Assembly: GCA_951406725.2 (NCBI GenBank)
Contig: OX597821.1
Location: forward strand, 6,138,001-6,202,000
Direction: 5' to 3'
From: Octopus vulgaris
Lineage: Eukaryota
Length of the DNA stretch: 64,000 nucleotides
Part shown: piece by piece, positions 62,601 through 64,000 of the stretch
Numbering within the stretch: position 1 is the stretch's first letter
Layout: each line of letters begins with the position of its first letter
Program-made: the position numbers and the translations under genes
Notes under the pieces: model-generated
Database searches by the model: none
Seen by the model: only the letters and a program-made list of their open reading frames with translations
Told to the model about the DNA's origin: nothing

Positions 62601-62729
62601 AATTATTATTAAATTTTACTCTATAGGAGTTGGTGAAACACTCCTGTTGCAGGCGAAATCCTTCATCAGTCGATTCCTTGATAAACGCATACTTGATGCT
62701 TGTGAAGAAGCAATATGTTATCTAACCAG
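18649..62729 (+). CDS. TTC37: Tetratricopeptide repeat protein 37 / superkiller complex protein 3 (SKI3); 21 coding exons in window, 3' end beyond window
   Basis: Spliced translation [45 protein letters not shown]...[11 protein letters not shown]...AAKLDPY...YLGHFY...[14 protein letters not shown]...[10 protein letters not shown]...[23 protein letters not shown]...[11 protein letters not shown]. It is colinear with vertebrate TTC37 as recalled ([22 protein letters not shown]..., [44 protein letters not shown]). All introns are GT-AG and phases match across all 20 junctions. Confidence 0.95.
18921..19778. mobile_element. Foldback palindromic element centred at 19524; left arm interrupted by an RTE 3' fragment (about 18987-19290, - strand)
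   Basis: Ends AGAAGAAATGAGGTACTCAGAAATCTGGATGG and CCATCCAGATTTCTGAGTATTTCATTTCTTCT; centre TTTGTATC-A-GATACAAA; TA flanks. Confidence 0.8.
19826..20730 (+). mobile_element. Decayed mariner transposon (transposase pseudogene)
   Basis: TIR-like TATCAGGTTGAATAAAAAGT; HTH region [25 protein letters not shown] motif, IVTCDxK motif; stops and frameshifts. Confidence 0.85.
20957..21100 (+). CDS. TTC37: TTC37 coding exon 2 ([48 protein letters not shown])
   Basis: ttctag|GTC...CAG|gtagtg; 144 nt; TPR motif. Confidence 0.93.
21816..22001. mobile_element. pogo/Tigger-like MITE
   Basis: CAGTAATCCCT...AGGGATTATTG termini. Confidence 0.55.
22040..22378 (+). mobile_element. Non-autonomous Helitron/Helentron-like repeat (second copy about 38875-39245)
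   Basis: Two copies share subterminal inverted CCTCCACC/GGTGGAGG-type motifs and a 3' GCTCTCTGAGTGC hairpin. Confidence 0.55.
24230..24321 (+). CDS. TTC37: TTC37 coding exon 3 ([30 protein letters not shown])
   Basis: ttacag|GGT...AG|gtatgt; 92 nt. Confidence 0.92.
25982..26054 (+). CDS. TTC37: TTC37 coding exon 4 ([24 protein letters not shown])
   Basis: ttttag|T...AAG|gtgagt; 73 nt; phase 2 to 0. Confidence 0.88.
26311..27457. mobile_element. Cluster of RTE 3'-end fragments in opposite orientations (26311-26597 -, 26885-27249 +, 27327-27457 +)
   Basis: Same sequence as the 3'UTR and (GAT)n tail of the RTE copies. Further fragments at about 31771-32100, 44388-44717, 46171-46490 and 61107-61570 (all -). 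Confidence 0.85.
28313..28441 (+). CDS. TTC37: TTC37 coding exon 5 ([43 protein letters not shown])
   Basis: ttccag|GCT...GTT|gtgagt; 129 nt. Confidence 0.85.
29717..30129 (+). mobile_element. tRNA-derived SINE family A, full-length (also about 23685-24067, 32396-32860, 59128-59540 +; 61946-62351 -; many partial copies)
   Basis: TGGCTGTGTGG A box, GGGTTCAGTCCC B box, CTTGGGCAAG core, internal (TA)n(TG)n, (GTAAAAGA)n tail. Confidence 0.85.
30275..30370 (+). CDS. TTC37: TTC37 coding exon 6 ([32 protein letters not shown])
   Basis: ttccaag|CTT...AAG|gtaagt; 96 nt. Confidence 0.85.
30430..30830 (+). mobile_element. CR1/L2/Jockey-type LINE 3' remnant
   Basis: [10 protein letters not shown]...LQPLSH...CSDEL...[14 protein letters not shown]...FKSKVNSFL. 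Confidence 0.65.
33560..34430. repeat. Degenerate minisatellite of about 29 bp (GACACCTGTATGTGTTATCCATTATCCCT), split by a SINE at about 33940-34265
   Basis: Recurrent ACACCTGTA/ATACCTGTA core. Confidence 0.75.
34454..34565 (+). CDS. TTC37: TTC37 coding exon 7 ([37 protein letters not shown])
   Basis: ttctag|AAT...G|gtcagt; 112 nt. Confidence 0.85.
34737..37333 (+). mobile_element. 5'-truncated, inactivated RTE LINE in TTC37 intron 7
   Basis: ORFs 34734-35474 and 35493-36440 with RT motifs; YADN replaces YADD; in-frame stops; (GAT)n tail. Confidence 0.95.
37773..37925 (+). CDS. TTC37: TTC37 coding exon 8 ([50 protein letters not shown])
   Basis: tgacag|GA...G|gtttgt; 153 nt. Confidence 0.87.
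38321..38815 (-). repeat. Unclassified interspersed repeat ending in (AAT)n (second copy about 60331-60633)
   Basis: Two highly similar copies beginning GAGTGAGAGAGCAGT next to (ATT)n; likely a retroelement 3' end on the - strand. Confidence 0.6.
40150..40251 (+). CDS. TTC37: TTC37 coding exon 9 ([33 protein letters not shown])
   Basis: ttcaag|GT...G|gtaagt; 102 nt. Confidence 0.87.
41303..42190 (+). mobile_element. Decayed mariner transposon
   Basis: TIRs around CAAAAAGTTCC...GACTAGTT; HDDNAP and [11 protein letters not shown] motifs. Confidence 0.85.
42330..42475 (+). CDS. TTC37: TTC37 coding exon 10 ([48 protein letters not shown])
   Basis: tttcag|GA...GAC|gtaagt; 146 nt. Confidence 0.85.
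42850..42884 (+). ncRNA. Degenerate minimal hammerhead within a repeat at about 42780-42950
   Basis: GTTT-CTGAAGA-A-GAGC-ttt-GCTC-aAAA-CG-TT-AAAC (G12 to A). Confidence 0.6.
43270..43393 (-). ncRNA. Type I hammerhead with extended stem II (one core mutation)
   Basis: ATCT-CTGACaA-AGCCTAGAG-[79 nt]-CTCTAGGCT-GAAA-CAGCTG-TA-AGAT. Confidence 0.65.
46551..46628 (+). CDS. TTC37: TTC37 coding exon 11 ([26 protein letters not shown])
   Basis: ttatag|ACG...GAG|gtaagt; 78 nt. Confidence 0.87.
47269..47446. mobile_element. hAT-like MITE (another at about 49764-50021, CAATGGTTCCCA/TGGGAACCATT)
   Basis: CAGTGTTCCACA and TGTGGAGCATTG termini. Confidence 0.5.
47990..48090 (+). CDS. TTC37: TTC37 coding exon 12 ([33 protein letters not shown])
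   Basis: ttgaag|GAG...AA|gtgagt; 101 nt; TPR motif. Confidence 0.9.
48480..49075 (+). mobile_element. RTE 3' fragment with an internal tandem array of about 27 bp (GGTGACACTTAAAAGGCACCTGTGCT)
   Basis: [12 protein letters not shown] remnant followed by repeated units and the RTE tail. Confidence 0.7.
50430..51100. repeat. Tandem array built from a SINE-A fragment plus (CA)n
   Basis: About 6 units of CAGGCTTCCACACAGTTTCCATCTACCAAATTCAAGCAAGA...CAAGTGGTGAGAGGGACAGATGCAAACAC(AC)n. Confidence 0.8.
51187..51331 (+). CDS. TTC37: TTC37 coding exon 13 ([48 protein letters not shown])
   Basis: tcacag|A...CAG|gtacct; 145 nt. Confidence 0.9.
51962..52041 (+). CDS. TTC37: TTC37 coding exon 14 ([26 protein letters not shown])
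   Basis: ttttag|GCT...GG|gtgagt; 80 nt. Confidence 0.93.
52051..52514. mobile_element. Second inverted dimer of the tRNA-head/hammerhead repeat
   Basis: Minus copy 52051 to about 52362 (hammerhead core at about 52113-52152); plus copy 52363-52514, truncated inside the hammerhead. Confidence 0.75.
52515..53660 (-). mobile_element. Antisense RTE LINE fragment in TTC37 intron 14
   Basis: ORFs 53170-53595 and 52685-53062 on the - strand with RT motifs including YADD; frameshifted. Confidence 0.92.
53934..54039 (+). CDS. TTC37: TTC37 coding exon 15 ([35 protein letters not shown])
   Basis: ttacag|A...GAT|gtaagt; 106 nt. Confidence 0.93.
54595..55100 (+). mobile_element. R4/Dong-like (restriction-like endonuclease) non-LTR remnant
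   Basis: [14 protein letters not shown], then in a shifted frame [23 protein letters not shown], resembling the ILWDF-IQTD-RPDI-VIDK motif. Confidence 0.6.
55337..55389 (+). CDS. TTC37: TTC37 coding exon 16 ([17 protein letters not shown])
   Basis: ttccag|GAG...GG|gtaagt; 53 nt. Confidence 0.92.
55735..56120. repeat. Minisatellite of about 33 bp (GATCTGCTTGATCAGGACAGCCATGGGTCATA)
   Basis: About 11 degenerate units. Confidence 0.8.
56228..56335 (+). CDS. TTC37: TTC37 coding exon 17 ([35 protein letters not shown])
   Basis: ttgcag|T...TT|gtaagt; 108 nt; SKI3-typical AKWAW motif. Confidence 0.95.
57498..57582 (+). CDS. TTC37: TTC37 coding exon 18 ([28 protein letters not shown])
   Basis: acacag|T...GAG|gtatgt; 85 nt. 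Confidence 0.95.
58158..58189 (+). CDS. TTC37: TTC37 coding exon 19, 32-nt small exon ([10 protein letters not shown])
   Basis: Long (TTTC)n pyrimidine tract, cttcag|CTT...AT|gtaagt; matches LNPESIYSVF of vertebrate TTC37 as recalled. Confidence 0.9.
59763..59863 (+). CDS. TTC37: TTC37 coding exon 20 ([33 protein letters not shown])
   Basis: gctcag|G...G|gtgaaa; 101 nt. Confidence 0.94.
59892..60107. mobile_element. piggyBac-like MITE (related copies about 23520-23680 and 51720-51930)
   Basis: TTAA-CCCTTTAACATT...AATGCTAAAGGA-TTAA. Confidence 0.6.
62627..62729 (+). CDS. TTC37: TTC37 coding exon 21 ([33 protein letters not shown])
   Basis: ctatag|GA...AG|gtaaac; 103 nt. Confidence 0.92.
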
Positions 62730-63501
62730 GTAAACAATTTTTTTGTTTTTTATCTTTTTTTTATGTATTGTGCTCTCTCTCTCTCTTTCTCTCTACCATT
62801 ATTATCCTCCTCCTCCTCCTCCTCCTTTGTAATGTCTGTTATCCATGCTGGCATGGGTTGGACAGTTTGACCAGAGCTGGCAAGCACGAGAGCTGCACTA
62901 AGTTCCAATCTGATTTGGTTTGGTTTCTACAGCTGGATACCCTTCCTAATGACCCTCCCCCCATACACACACGTGATTTCATTCAATCTACAACCAATCA
63001 AAACTTGAACCTTTATCTTAAAAACCTATATATATAAAGCAATTTCAGCTTAAAACAGTTCAAGCTCTCACCTACAAAACCAGTAACGAAGAATCCTCCT
63101 TCAGACACTATGAAAGAAATTGTAAAAAATACTTTTTCCTTTCTTCTCCTTTCTTTCCTTACTCTTGTAAAGACTTCATTGTATCTAATTGCTAATTTAA
63201 CTTTCAGTCATGTATGATTGTTACGAAATTCATTGAAACTTATTGAATAGACCAAATGTGTATGAACCGTCGGTCTTTTAAGAATGTTTTTCTGAATTTT
63301 CCCTTGTACCTTCAATCTCTCCTAAACTTTTTTATTTACCATTGAAAAACAATTGTTGAAACCGGTTTAGTATTTTGATAAATTTGTTACTAAATTTTAA
63401 AACTACAACATGTTTAAAACTCAGGTGCATTTTCAACCCCACAAAACCAACTCTTATATATTCTTTCCTGCAAGGGAATACACTTCTTTTCTTTCTCTCT
63501 C

Positions 63502-63539
<38 letters not shown>

Positions 63540-63639
63540 ATTCAAACATGAAGACACAAAGAGAAAACACAACATTGTGAGGATGTGGAGAACAAGTATA
63601 GTGTTATTGGACGCTCAGGAAAGGAAAGAATGAAGGAGG

Positions 63640-63674
63640 ATTTAACGTTTCGAGCAGAGCTCTTTGTCAGAAAC
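63640..63674 (-). ncRNA. Degenerate minimal hammerhead within a repeat at about 63540-63750
   Basis: GTTT-CTGACaA-A-GAGC-tct-GCTC-GAAA-CG-TT-AAAT (G8 to A). Confidence 0.6.
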
Positions 63675-64000
63675 ATAGAAAAAGGAAAGATCCAAGGAAG
63701 GGAAGACGGAGGAAAAAAATCACCAATGATACACACGCGGTCACACAAATATATATATATATTCTGCCGTAAACATTAATTCCAAATCTGAGGTACTTCA
63801 GTTTAAAAATCAATGTTTGCCTAATTAAAAATAGTTAAAGACCACCATCACAACCACCACACCTCCATCACCATCACCAACAACAACACTTGATTGTCTC
63901 TTGTGTCTTTAGCAGTGGGAACTATTCTTTTTCCAAAAGGTTCTGCATCAGGTTTTGAATACTTCCTTTCCTTTTCTAGTCAAGCCATTGTATAAAGAGG

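Noticed and set aside
26-63779. Numerous 60-275 aa ORFs rich in YI, HT, CV, poly-I, poly-L or poly-D
   Set aside because: They are translations of (TA)n, (CA)n, (ATT)n and (GAT)n microsatellites and of SINE/LINE UTRs.
63914-64000. Candidate TTC37 exon 22 after tctttag
   Set aside because: The phase-2 translation (SGNYSFPKG...) does not resemble the expected continuation toward the LWKLxGD motif.

Overview
AT-rich, repeat-dense animal DNA. The SINE, RTE and microsatellite landscape resembles an octopus (coleoid cephalopod) genome; this is inference. One protein-coding gene dominates: TTC37/SKIC3 (SKI3, the TPR scaffold of the SKI complex) on the + strand. I traced 21 phase-consistent GT-AG coding exons from the ATG at 18649 to 62729 (2129 nt, about 709 aa), and the gene continues past the window end. 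A probable promoter and non-coding first exon lie near 14.55-14.73 kb. The rest is mobile DNA: three RTE-clade LINE copies (two retain a PHD-type zinc finger inside the RT), many RTE 3' fragments, at least three tRNA-derived SINE families, a Gypsy-like LTR, mariner/Tc1, hAT, pogo and piggyBac-type MITEs, non-autonomous Helitrons, CR1-like and R4/Dong-like remnants, foldback palindromes and minisatellites. The most notable signal is several distinct repeat families carrying minimal type I hammerhead ribozyme motifs. One element joins a tRNA-like Pol III head to a hammerhead and occurs twice as a head-to-head inverted dimer. Another hammerhead has a roughly 80-nt insert in stem II. Most short ORFs in the supplied track are repeat or microsatellite noise. 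Repeat boundaries were read by eye and are approximate.
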